A DNA stretch of 48,305 bases from Deltaproteobacteria bacterium. GTDB taxonomy: Bacteria; Myxococcota_A; UBA9160; UBA6930. The notes under the pieces were generated by a model, which was given only the letters and a program-made list of their open reading frames with translations, did not search any database and was not told the origin of the DNA. The translations under genes were made by a program, and so were the position numbers. Shown here piece after piece: positions 27,438-35,985 of this stretch; the stretch's first letter is position 1; every line of letters starts with the position of its first letter. The DNA is taken from positions 1 through 48,305 of the forward strand of contig JANNDT010000502.1 of assembly GCA_031387905.1 (NCBI GenBank), in the 5' to 3' direction.

Positions 27438-29510
27438 ATGGCAGCAGAACTCTGGGCAGTTAGGCGTCGTGTTTTCGTGGTTATGCCCTTCGGCGATAAG
27501 CAGGTGCCTCGGAAGCCCCGCGTGGATCATTCCGTCGAGCCGGGCACGCAGGACGAGCCGCTCGAGGTCGATTTCAACGGCGTCTATCAACTCCTCTTCA
27601 AGCCCGCCCTCGAGGCCGCGGGCCTGCAGCCCTTTCGGGCCGACGACGAGGAAGCCGCCGGGGACATTCTCAAGGACATGTTCGCGGAGTTGGTCACCGC
27701 CGACTTCGTCCTCGCCGACATTTCGATTCTGAACGCGAACGTCTTTTATGAACTCGGTATCCGCCACACCGTCGGGCCGCGCGGCGTCATCTGCGTCCAC
27801 GCCGGCTGGGCCGATCGACCCTTCGACGTCGCGCCGGGCCGCGCCTTCAAATACGACGGCCAACTCTTCCAAGTCGGGGTCGCGCGTGACGACGCGTGGA
27901 AAGTGTTGGTCGAAGCCGAGGCCAAACGCCTCGGGGAAACGCTGCGCAAGGCGGTCTCCGCCGATCGGACCAATGAAGCCAGCCCCGTCTATGGCAATCT
28001 GCCTAAGCTCGTGCCGCCCGATGCCAGCCGTATCGAAACCGCACGCTTCAAACACTACCAGGCGCAGGCCGACGAGTGGAACCAACGGGTCATCATCGCG
28101 GGAAGGGACGGACGGGCCGAGGACATCTTGACTCTCGCCGGCGACGCGCCTTTGCCCTACTACCGCCGCAAGCTCCTGCGACAGTGCGGCGACGCGCTGC
28201 TCGCGCTCGGTCGCTTCGCGCAGTCGGAGCAGGTCTTCGGGGAATTAGCCAGCGACCTCGATGGCAGCGGTTCGGTCGAGGAGTTTCGCGTCAAATGCCA
28301 ACTCGCCCTGCTCGCGAACCGGCTCGGGCGCACACGGGAAGCGGAGCAAAAGCTCAGCGATCTCGCGAGGCAAATGCCCGGCGACACCGAGGCGCAGGGT
28401 CTCCTCGGTCGGGTTTACAAAGACATGTGGCGCACCGCTTGGGCGTCCGGCGCGACGCTCGAAGAACGTCTCGCACTCGCCTGGCGAAATGCGGCCGTGG
28501 CGCGCAAGTCCGTCGCTGCCTACGAGGTCGCCGTGCGACACAATCTCGCCAGCTATTTCAATGGCATCAACGTGATCACCCTCACCGCGTTGCTCGACCA
28601 CGCCGCGCGTGCGGCCAAGCGCATCGCGAAGCCTGACGTCGTCGACGTAGATGACATCAAGACAGTCGTGCGCGTCGCCGCGACCGCGAAGCTGGAAGAC
28701 AAAGAAGAAGGAGTCTGGGCCCGCGCCACGCTGGGCGAGTGGCACCTCGTCGGAGGGCATGCGCAGGAAGCGTTCGACGATTACGAACAGGCCACCGCGG
28801 ACCCGAGCCTGACCCAGTTCAATATCCGCTCGATGCTTGAACAGGTGCAGCTTTTCCAACTTCTCGGCCTCCACGCGAATTCGGTCGAACCGGTCGCCGC
28901 GTTGCTCATGCAAAAAACAAGCGAGATGCCCCAGCCGGGCGCGCGCTTCAACCGGATTGCGATTTGCAGCGGGCATATGATCGACGCGCCCGATCGCGAG
29001 ATGCCGCGCTTCCCCGCGGCGAAAGAGGAAGCCATTCGCTCCGAGATGGCGCAGCGCCTCGCGCATTGGAGCATCGGCCCCGGCGACGTTGCCATCTGCG
29101 GCGGCGCCTGCGGAGCGGACATCCTTTTCGCCGAAGAGTGCCTGCGCTGCGGCGCGCACCTCCGGCTGCTGCTCGCGCAGGATGTGGGGAGCTTCATCCG
29201 CGACTCCGTGCAGCACGGCGGGAACGACTGGGTGCAGCGCTTTCACGCGCTTCGCGAAAAGGCAGAAGTGGCAACCCAGCCCGATCGCCTCGGCAAAGCT
29301 CCGAACGATGTATCGATCTACGCGCGCACCAATCTCTGGATGAGCAACGCGACCCGCGTCGAAGCCGCCGACAGCTCCAAGATCCACGCGCTCCTCGTCT
29401 GGGACGAGAAGCCGACCGGCGACGGCCCCGGTGGCACCTCGGATTTTGAATCCAGAGTCCGCGGCCTGGGCGGCCTCATCGAAATCATCAACCCCACCAC
29501 CCTGCCGTGA
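27438..29510 (+). CDS. DRHyd-like (nucleoside deoxyribosyltransferase fold) + DUF4071/TRAF-binding TPR region + SLOG-like C-terminal domain
   Basis: VFVVMPFG..RAD..G.I..DMF.EL..AD.VLADISILNANVFYELGIRH; EAQGLLGRVYKD.W and YFNGIN; SGHMID..RFP..GGACGADILFAE..WD..GDGPGGT. Confidence 0.78.
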   Translation: MAAELWAVRRRVFVVMPFGDKQVPRKPRVDHSVEPGTQDEPLEVDFNGVYQLLFKPALEAAGLQPFRADDEEAAGDILKDMFAELVTADFVLADISILNANVFYELGIRHTVGPRGVICVHAGWADRPFDVAPGRAFKYDGQLFQVGVARDDAWKVLVEAEAKRLGETLRKAVSADRTNEASPVYGNLPKLVPPDASRIETARFKHYQAQADEWNQRVIIAGRDGRAEDILTLAGDAPLPYYRRKLLRQCGDALLALGRFAQSEQVFGELASDLDGSGSVEEFRVKCQLALLANRLGRTREAEQKLSDLARQMPGDTEAQGLLGRVYKDMWRTAWASGATLEERLALAWRNAAVARKSVAAYEVAVRHNLASYFNGINVITLTALLDHAARAAKRIAKPDVVDVDDIKTVVRVAATAKLEDKEEGVWARATLGEWHLVGGHAQEAFDDYEQATADPSLTQFNIRSMLEQVQLFQLLGLHANSVEPVAALLMQKTSEMPQPGARFNRIAICSGHMIDAPDREMPRFPAAKEEAIRSEMAQRLAHWSIGPGDVAICGGACGADILFAEECLRCGAHLRLLLAQDVGSFIRDSVQHGGNDWVQRFHALREKAEVATQPDRLGKAPNDVSIYARTNLWMSNATRVEAADSSKIHALLVWDEKPTGDGPGGTSDFESRVRGLGGLIEIINPTTLP

Positions 29511-29980
29511 CCATGTCCGAACCCGACTACCTCACCCGCCGACTCGACGCGCAAAAGGCGTGGCACTCGAAAAAGGCGATATCGAACAAGCTTTGGTATC
29601 TCGCGTTGGAGATCACCACCATGACTGCGGGCGCGTGCATCCCGATCATCAACGTGCTCCCGGCGGATGCCGGAGCGACCTGGCAGCGCGTCGGCTCCGC
29701 CATGCTTGCCGCAGTCGTGGTCTTCGCCGCGGGCATCAGCAAGCTCGACAAGCTCCAGGAAACCTGGCTGCGGTATCGCGCCATCGCTGAGAACCTCGAA
29801 CGCGAACGCGAGCTTTTCGTCGCGGGCCTCGGCGACTACAGCAACGCCGATGCGCAAAAGCGCCTCGCCGCGTTGGTCGATCGCGTCGAGTTACTCCTCG
29901 CCGATCAGACCGCACGGTTCCTCGCCAGCCAGCGCATCGCCCGCGAAGCGCCAGGCACGGCGGGCACGGAAACAGAGTAG
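29507..29980 (+). CDS. SLATT (DUF4231) two-TM effector
   Basis: YLTRRLDAQKAWH.KKA..NK, two TM helices, ETWLRYRAIAENLERE; GTGA coupling to upstream gene. Confidence 0.85.
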   Translation: MTMSEPDYLTRRLDAQKAWHSKKAISNKLWYLALEITTMTAGACIPIINVLPADAGATWQRVGSAMLAAVVVFAAGISKLDKLQETWLRYRAIAENLERERELFVAGLGDYSNADAQKRLAALVDRVELLLADQTARFLASQRIAREAPGTAGTETE

Positions 29981-30057
29981 GCCGCGCGATCGGGGTGGCG
30001 ACGTCTCTGGCTTATTCAATTCCTGCCGTTGCACTCAGCGGATGGAATCGGCCTCGT

Positions 30058-30348
30058 TCACCCGATTACCTGCAGGCGCTGAATCTGCGGCGCGCCTGCC
30101 ATCAACCCTTTGAAGGAACGGCCGGACGCCTTGAAGTGTTCGCTCTGTCCGTGCGCGGCCAGCGCGGCGTCGTCCTGATACAACTCGAGCATCAGGTACT
30201 TGCCGTCGGCGTCCTTGCAGAGGGTGTACATCTCGTTGCCGGGCTCATTGGCGCGAACTTGGCTGGCAAGGGCCAGCATCGCTTTCTCGAACTCTGGGCC
30301 CTTGCCTTCGGCGACATTCAGTTTTGCGATGACTGCGATCATCTTCAT
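30058..30348 (-). CDS. Antibiotic biosynthesis monooxygenase (ABM/YgiN-like)
   Basis: VIAKL.V.EGK..EFE, ANEPG..Y.L, ELYQDDAALAAH.QSEHF; GGGAGG RBS (true start may be 30342). Confidence 0.88.
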   Translation of the reverse strand: MKMIAVIAKLNVAEGKGPEFEKAMLALASQVRANEPGNEMYTLCKDADGKYLMLELYQDDAALAAHGQSEHFKASGRSFKGLMAGAPQIQRLQVIG

Positions 30349-30448
30349 CCTCCCGTGGTGTTTGATAAAGCGAGTCTGCCCAAGCGCATGCACCGGACTC
30401 TATCACTCGATGAGAGCCGCTCTTTGTTCTGGCTCCATGCCCAGTGCC

Positions 30449-30570
30449 TCCGGTCGCGAACAGAAGGCCTAGAACGGGCGCAAATCGCGGCTCCGTCTTC
30501 CGCGCGATGGCGAGGAGCGTCTCGACCTCGCAGCGCGTCCAGAACTCAACCTCCTGCGTCTCGGTGGCCC
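30449..30570 (-). pseudogene. Tyrosine recombinase/integrase fragment
   Basis: Manual translation ATETQEVEFWTRCEVETLLAIARKTEPRFAPVLGLLFATG resembles the start of an integrase catalytic domain, breaking just before the TGxR arginine. Confidence 0.6.
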
Positions 30571-30765
30571 GCCGCGGCCGCCGTGGGCGAACTGCGGCGT
30601 AGGCGCAAAGCTCGCGGAGTTCGCCGCGCGAGCGGACCGCGAGCGCCGGTACTCAACGGGTGCGGCCCGCATGAGATGCGAGAGTCCGCTACAGATCGCA
30701 TTCTGCTGCCGTGCCGGCATATGCTTTGCCGTCACCGCTCCGGCCGCGCCGGGAAGGGATCAGTC

Positions 30766-31281
30766 ATGAGGACCGTATTGCGCACCCTCGGAGCCGTGCT
30801 CGCCGTGCTGTTGATCGCGATCGCTGGCCTGGGGGTAGGGGCCCGCTTCCATGATGGGCCCGTCGCCATCGTCGCCGGCGGGCCGTTCGAGAGCGGCCAG
30901 CTCGTCACCGGGCCCGAGCCCGACTGGACCTTCGTCCGGGAGATCCAGGAGGTGGAGTTCCAGCTACTCGAGCCGCCCCGCTCGCGCACCACCTGGATCC
31001 TCGACCACGAGGGCAAGGCCTATATCCCCTGCGGCTACATGACTACCTGGTGGGGCCGGATCTGGAAGCGTTGGCCCCACGAAGCCGCAAAGGATCCGCG
31101 CATCCTTCTGCGCATCGGCGGGAAGGTCTACGAGCGCCAGTTAGTGCGGATCCAGGAGGGCCCCGTGTTGGAGCCGCTGCTGGCAGAGCTGAGTCGCAAG
31201 TACGCCGGCGGGAAGGAGATCCCGATGGACGCCGTGACGTCCGGCTACCTCTGGCTGTACGAATTGGCGCCGCGGCGCTGA
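30766..31281 (+). CDS. Hypothetical membrane-anchored protein (possibly split-barrel/DUF2255-like)
   Basis: N-terminal TM, DGPVAIVAGG, PPRSRTTW, DPRILLRIGGKVY; clean codon bias from ATG 30766. Confidence 0.7.
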   Translation: MRTVLRTLGAVLAVLLIAIAGLGVGARFHDGPVAIVAGGPFESGQLVTGPEPDWTFVREIQEVEFQLLEPPRSRTTWILDHEGKAYIPCGYMTTWWGRIWKRWPHEAAKDPRILLRIGGKVYERQLVRIQEGPVLEPLLAELSRKYAGGKEIPMDAVTSGYLWLYELAPRR

Positions 31282-31363
31282 CGCGGCCGGGCGGCAGCGC
31301 CGGCTCTGGTCGTTCTTTCGACCTGGGCACTATACGAACGTTCGCTGGCTCTGCTGGTTCGGA

Positions 31364-31456
31364 TATTAGGGACCCGGTGCGGGTGCCCCAGGGCATGGCG
31401 GGGGTGGTTGGGCAGAATCCCCCTACGCGGACGCACATCAGGAACTCTCTCTCATA
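31364..31456. repeat. About 92-bp MITE-like repeat, copy A
   Basis: Aligns with 34809-34899 (shared GTGGTTGGGCAG..ATCCCCCT); starts with TATTAGGGACCC. Confidence 0.5.
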
Positions 31457-31503
31457 CGCAGGGGCTGGGAACTGCGCCACCATCCCCATCAGGTAATCAG
31501 GCC

Positions 31504-32316
31504 GTGAGCACGCTGCAAACGACCACCGCCGCCACGCTGCTGCAGGCCTACGACGAAGCCCACTGCGTGCCGCTGCCTTCCGCCCGCGACGGCGGCCTCA
31601 CCCTGGCCCAGGCCTTCGAGGTGGGCGAGCAGCTGCGCCAACTGCGCCTGGCGCGCGGCGAGCGGCAGTTAGGTTGGAAGATCGGCTTCACCAACCGCAG
31701 CATCTGGCCGCGCTACGGCGTCTTCGCGCCCATCTGGGGCCCGGTGTACGACACCACCACTACGCTATTGGATGGTGCCAAGGCCACCGTGAGCCTGGCC
31801 GGCCTGAGCCAGCCGCGCTTGGAGCCGGAGGTGGCCTTCGGCTTTGCCCAGGCGCCGCGCGCCGGCATGAGCCTGGACGAATTACGGGGCTGCCTGCAGT
31901 GGGTGGCGCATTCGTTCGAGATCGTTCACACGCACTACGCCGACTGGAAGTTCACCGCCCCCGATTGCGAGGCGGACTTTGCGTTGCACGGGCGCCTCTA
32001 CATCGGCCGGAGGCGGCCGGTGAGCGACTGGCCGACGCTGGCCGCGGACCTGGCTGCAATGCGCGTGGAACTACACCGCGACGGCGTGTGCCAAGACATT
32101 GGTGTGGGTGCGGCGGTGCTCGACGGCCCCCTCTCGGCACTCAAGACCTGGATCGACGCGATGCCTGCGAACAGCCCGTTCTGGAAAGTGCAATCGGGCG
32201 ACGTGGTGACCACCGGCACCATCACCGACGCCCAGCCCATGGCGCCGGGGCAGACCTGGCACAGCTTGCTGTCCGACGCCCGCCTGGCCTCGCTGACACT
32301 GCGCACCACAACCTAA
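31504..32316 (+). CDS. Fumarylacetoacetate hydrolase family (2-keto-4-pentenoate hydratase-like)
   Basis: GWKIGFTN, PRLEPEVAF, FEIV, ADFALHG, GDVVTTGT. Confidence 0.9.
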   Translation: MSTLQTTTAATLLQAYDEAHCVPLPSARDGGLTLAQAFEVGEQLRQLRLARGERQLGWKIGFTNRSIWPRYGVFAPIWGPVYDTTTTLLDGAKATVSLAGLSQPRLEPEVAFGFAQAPRAGMSLDELRGCLQWVAHSFEIVHTHYADWKFTAPDCEADFALHGRLYIGRRRPVSDWPTLAADLAAMRVELHRDGVCQDIGVGAAVLDGPLSALKTWIDAMPANSPFWKVQSGDVVTTGTITDAQPMAPGQTWHSLLSDARLASLTLRTTT

Positions 32317-32368
32317 CCGGCGCTGCCCGTTACCCCGGCGGCGTGACGCTACGCGCAACTGCCTGAAC

Positions 32369-32427
32369 GTGGACACGCTCCAGCGGACCGCGGAGCGGCT
32401 TTCGCGCCGCAGCGTGAGCATGGCGAC
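32369..32427 (+). repeat. 59-nt repeat, copy 1 (inverted copy at 36552-36610)
   Basis: 51/59 ungapped identity by manual alignment, 25-nt identical core AGCGGACCGCGGAGCGGCTTTCGCG. Confidence 0.85.
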
Positions 32428-32537
32428 AGATGGTGCGGGTAGCCGCGCAAAAGAAGCGTGTGTCTGCGCGATCGTCAGGGCCGCGCCTCAGCCGGCCTCG
32501 TGATTCCCTAATTGCCCTTCGGTTGTGCCCTTGGAGC

Positions 32538-32957
32538 TCAGCCTTCGGGGCTCGCATTCCAAGTGTGTTTCCACACCGCCCAGCCACCATCCGCACGCCT
32601 CCGCAGAACATCGAAGTAGCGCGCGGCCGTGCGGGATGCAGTGAGGGCGCCGGGCTCGGTGACTGCCTGTCCCGGATTCTTCAACTTCAGGTGGATGACG
32701 TACTCGTAGCGAGCCACGGCGATGTCGCCGAGCACTTCCACCGCGGGCGGCGAGACGACCTCGATGCGATAGGTCGCGCTATCGAACACCGGCCCGAGAA
32801 ATCCGGCGTAGTGGGCGGCGCCCTTGATGTCCGCGGCACCTGGGGGCAACAAGGTCACGTCCGCATGCAGCGCGCGCACGTAGCCGGGGATATCGGCGGA
32901 TTCCACGGCCTTGCGCCAATCCGCGTAGAGCTGCGCGATGCGATCGATGTCGCTCAT
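32538..32957 (-). CDS. NTF2-like (DUF4440/YybH) protein
   Basis: IAQLYADWRKAVESAD, DVTLLPPG...G, VEVLGDIAV, VLRRRADGGW.VW.HTWN. Confidence 0.85.
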   Translation of the reverse strand: MSDIDRIAQLYADWRKAVESADIPGYVRALHADVTLLPPGAADIKGAAHYAGFLGPVFDSATYRIEVVSPPAVEVLGDIAVARYEYVIHLKLKNPGQAVTEPGALTASRTAARYFDVLRRRADGGWAVWKHTWNASPEG

Positions 32958-33154
32958 GAGTGTTCCGGCAGCATGCTGGTGGTGGTCATCGTTTCTCCCA
33001 AATGATTCATGTCGTCTCTGATCGAGTGCCTGGTCGAGGCGCGGCGGAAGACTACGGGCACTGGCTGCGGCGCGGAAGCGTACGATCGGCAATTGCGTTC
33101 GGCGCCCGGATCTGACCGCGTCGCACGAGCGGGTGGGGGGGAGCAGGCCGGGGG

Positions 33155-33274
33155 CCTCGCCGCGCGCGCCCAAGCGATCAGCTCCGCCCGCAGCACCAGC
33201 GGAATCGGCTGGTTCCGCTTCGTCCGCCCCAGCGCCACCACCGCCGCCCGCAACCGCTCCGCTCTCGCGTCCAT
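33155..33274 (-). pseudogene. N-terminal fragment resembling IS66-associated accessory (TnpA-like) ORFs
   Basis: GAGGAGG RBS then MDARAERLRAAVVALGRTKRNQPIPLVLRAELIAWARAAR; degenerates afterwards; resemblance from recall only. Confidence 0.35.
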
Positions 33275-33357
33275 CCGTGCCTCCTCGTCCTCAGCAGGAC
33301 CAGTGCACGATCACGGATTCCAATGCTGTTAGGAAGACGGGGCGCGGCGAGCTTGTA

Positions 33358-33498
33358 CTCTTGAAAGAGCGCGGCATGGTCGCCTGGTCGGCGAACATGA
33401 CGCCGGCGCAGATCGAGAACATCCGGCTCTACGTCATCAAGCGCGCCAATGAGGACAAGGCGCTGGAACTGCAAGCAGCAAAGACCGCCGCCCGCTGA
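33358..33498 (+). pseudogene. C-terminal fragment of a quinohemoprotein dehydrogenase cytochrome c domain
   Basis: LKERGMVAWSANMTPAQIENIRLYVIKRANEDKALE resembles type II PQQ-ADH C-termini; no upstream coding part. Confidence 0.6.
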
Positions 33499-33532
33499 TC
33501 GCTAGACCGCCGGAGCCGCAGGAGACCGCGGA

Positions 33533-34300
33533 TCAGCCGGCCTTCGTCGCCGTGTACTCGCAGAAAGCGCCGGGCACGATGACCTGGAAGCGCGGGCGTT
33601 CGAAGCCCGCCTTCTGCATCGCCTCGAGGATCCCCTCCGGCGGCACGCACTGCTCGACCGTGTCCCAGTAGTAATCCATCAGCTCCTTCGCCCGCCGGTC
33701 GCGGGTGAAGAGCAGCGTGAGCCCAGGGATCAGCGTCTTCCACGTGAAGCGCGTCACTGCGTGGCCGAGCGCCGACTTCGGCACGTGGCCCTCGAGGATC
33801 CACACCTTGCCGCCGGGGCGGAGCACCCGGTGGTACTCGGAGAACGCGCGCACGAGGTCCGACACGTGGCGGAGCGCGATCCCCATGGTGACGAAGTCGA
33901 ACGTGTCCGAACGGAACGGGAGCGTCTGAGCCACTCCGCGCGTGAGGGGGCCGTGAAACACTCTCCGCGCCTCGCGCATCATGCCCATGCTCGGGTCGAT
34001 ACCGAAGACACGCCCGGTCGGTCCGACGAGGCGCACCGCTCCCTGCGCGACCGCAGCCGTCCCGATCGCGACGTCGAGCACGCGCATGCCAGGCCGGAGC
34101 CCCGCGCGCTTCAGCGAGAGTCTCCGATACAGGAGCCCGCCGTTCCCGAAGATCTTCTCGACGGTGTTGTAGTGCGGCGCCGTCTCGTTGAAGAGATCGA
34201 GGACGTAGCGGCTCCGCTCCGGATCCTCCGCGTAGTACGCGGTGAGCGGGGGGTGCGGCGGGACTCTCGGAGCGAGCGGCGACGGATCGGGCGCGGACAT
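33533..34300 (-). CDS. Class I SAM-dependent methyltransferase (UbiE/MenG-like)
   Basis: LFNETAPHY, VLDVAIGT, GIDPSMGM, LPF..DTFDFVTMG.ALRHV, RVLRPGG. Confidence 0.9.
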   Translation of the reverse strand: MSAPDPSPLAPRVPPHPPLTAYYAEDPERSRYVLDLFNETAPHYNTVEKIFGNGGLLYRRLSLKRAGLRPGMRVLDVAIGTAAVAQGAVRLVGPTGRVFGIDPSMGMMREARRVFHGPLTRGVAQTLPFRSDTFDFVTMGIALRHVSDLVRAFSEYHRVLRPGGKVWILEGHVPKSALGHAVTRFTWKTLIPGLTLLFTRDRRAKELMDYYWDTVEQCVPPEGILEAMQKAGFERPRFQVIVPGAFCEYTATKAG

Positions 34301-34549
34301 GCTGGCGACCTGCTCCTGGTGTTTCGGGCGCCGATCTCGGCGGTGCACTCGCTCCCGGCGGACCACCCGGGAAGTGCCTCGGCATCGGCTTTTGGGGCAA
34401 GATTGCATACGCCGGGTCCAGAGTCCCGAGGCCGCTGCGTGCGGAGGATCCCGCGGCGCGGAGCGTGGCGCGTGCATCAGCTCTCAGCTCAGGTGCCACG
34501 AGATCTCGCGGCTCGCAGCTGGCGTCCCTCGCGCCACCGGCGGACGACC

Positions 34550-34634
34550 GGCACTTACCGATAGCCGTGTGAGGGTGACCAAGACGCGACTCCGTCTCGG
34601 AACGCTTCAGGTGGACCGTTCCCGGAGCGGCGTA
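34550..34634 (+). ncRNA. Degenerate partial second copy of the tRNA-inserted element (matches 27014-27100)
   Basis: Collinear blocks GGCACTTACCGAT, GGTGACC, AACGCT, GGTGG, GCGGCGTA at offsets 7534-7536. Confidence 0.65.
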
Positions 34635-34808
34635 GTTGGACGGCACCGACGAGCGACGAGCGAGAAGCGCGCGGAAATCTACGGTGACCCGCTGAAACCC
34701 CGGCCATTGGTCGCTTGCCTCTCACCTAGGCGGCCGGGAGATCGGTCGAGCGGGAGCGCGGTCGACTCAACACCTGTTCGCGTGGCGCGCGACCCTGCCG
34801 TAGCCGGC

Positions 34809-34899
34809 TGTTGTGGAGTCGGTCCGGGAGCACGGCAGGCCTGGTGGGTGTGGTTGGGCAGCCATCCCCCTTACCGCCAGGGTCCGAGGGTCCCTAACA
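34809..34899. repeat. 91-bp MITE-like repeat, copy B
   Basis: Imperfect terminal inverted repeats TGTTGTGGAGTC...GGGTCCCTAACA; interior aligns with 31376-31426. Confidence 0.5.
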
Positions 34900-34985
34900 C
34901 CTGATGCCAGCAACGCGCGCACGTGGGTGCGCGGGACCGGCGAACAGCCAGCGGCGGTCGGTATCCATACGCTCGCCGCTGTTCC

Positions 34986-35969
34986 TCAGGGCGTGCCGCG
35001 CACGATCACCTTGCCCACCGCGCGATTGCTGCCGACGCGATCGATCGCCTCCGGCGCCTGCTCGAACGCGAACACGCGATCGATCGGCGTGCGGATCTTC
35101 CCCGCCTCCGCCATCTGGCAGAGCGTCTCGTGCTGCGCCCGCGTCTCCTCCAGCGTGCGCGCACCGGGGAACGCACCGACCAGCGAATAGCTGCGCAGCA
35201 CCGCGTTCAGCGGATCGACTCTCGCCCAGGTGCCGCTCGAGTAACCGATGAGGATCACGCGCCCGTGGCGCGCGATGCACTTCACCGCCTGATCGTAGGC
35301 GGCGCCGCCCACCGGATCGAAGATCATCTCGACGCCCTTGCGGCCGACGATCCGTTGCACGCCTTCGTGGATCGGCGTGTCGCGATAGTTGATGACATGG
35401 TCGGCGCCGAGCGCGCGACAGAACTCGACTTTCTCCTGCGAACTCACCGTGGCGATCACCGTCGCGCCGACTGCCTTGCCGAGCTGAATCGCCGCGGAGC
35501 CGGAGCTGCCGGCGCCCCCGAGCACGAGCAGGGTCTCGCCCGCCTTCAGCTGGCCGCGCTGGACCACGCCGACGTAGCCGGTGTGGAAGGGCACGAAGAA
35601 ACCCGCAGCCTCCTCGGCCGACACGCCGCGCGGGCGCCGCAGCGTCGCCGCTTCGTGAACCTGGCAGCGCTCGGCGAAGCCGCCCATGCCTTCGGCGAAG
35701 CGCGTCGAACTGATTACGGAGTCGCCCACCTCGAGCGTGCACTTCGCGCCGACGCGCACGACGGTGCCCACGATCTCCTGCCCGGGCGTGACCGGTGGCT
35801 GCCGCACCGCGGGATTGTTGCCGCGCAGCATCAGCACGTCGGGCAGGCCGACGCCGGTCGCCTCCACGCGCAACTCGACGATGCCGTCGCCGGGCTCGGG
35901 GAGTTCGCGCTGCTCGAGCCGTAACACGTCCTTCGCTTCACCGAACTCGCGCGCTCGCCAGTACTTCAT
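34986..35969 (-). CDS. NADPH:quinone oxidoreductase (MDR family)
   Basis: PVTPGQEIVG, GETLLVLGGAGSSGSAAIQL, LGADHVINY, DPVGG; GGAG RBS. Confidence 0.92.
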   Translation of the reverse strand: MKYWRAREFGEAKDVLRLEQRELPEPGDGIVELRVEATGVGLPDVLMLRGNNPAVRQPPVTPGQEIVGTVVRVGAKCTLEVGDSVISSTRFAEGMGGFAERCQVHEAATLRRPRGVSAEEAAGFFVPFHTGYVGVVQRGQLKAGETLLVLGGAGSSGSAAIQLGKAVGATVIATVSSQEKVEFCRALGADHVINYRDTPIHEGVQRIVGRKGVEMIFDPVGGAAYDQAVKCIARHGRVILIGYSSGTWARVDPLNAVLRSYSLVGAFPGARTLEETRAQHETLCQMAEAGKIRTPIDRVFAFEQAPEAIDRVGSNRAVGKVIVRGTP

Positions 35970-35985
35970 CGTCAGGTCTCCTCGG

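Noticed and set aside
29995-30765. N-terminal extension of the 428-aa ORF
   Set aside because: Antisense to the ABM gene and the integrase fragment; coding style starts at ATG 30766
32430-33005. 191-aa ORF following the 59-nt repeat
   Set aside because: Mostly antisense to the NTF2-like gene; only the first about 30 codons could be a gene remnant
34541-34558. IS66-type terminal repeat (...GGCACTTAC)
   Set aside because: Better explained as part of the second copy of the RNA element, since homology continues past it
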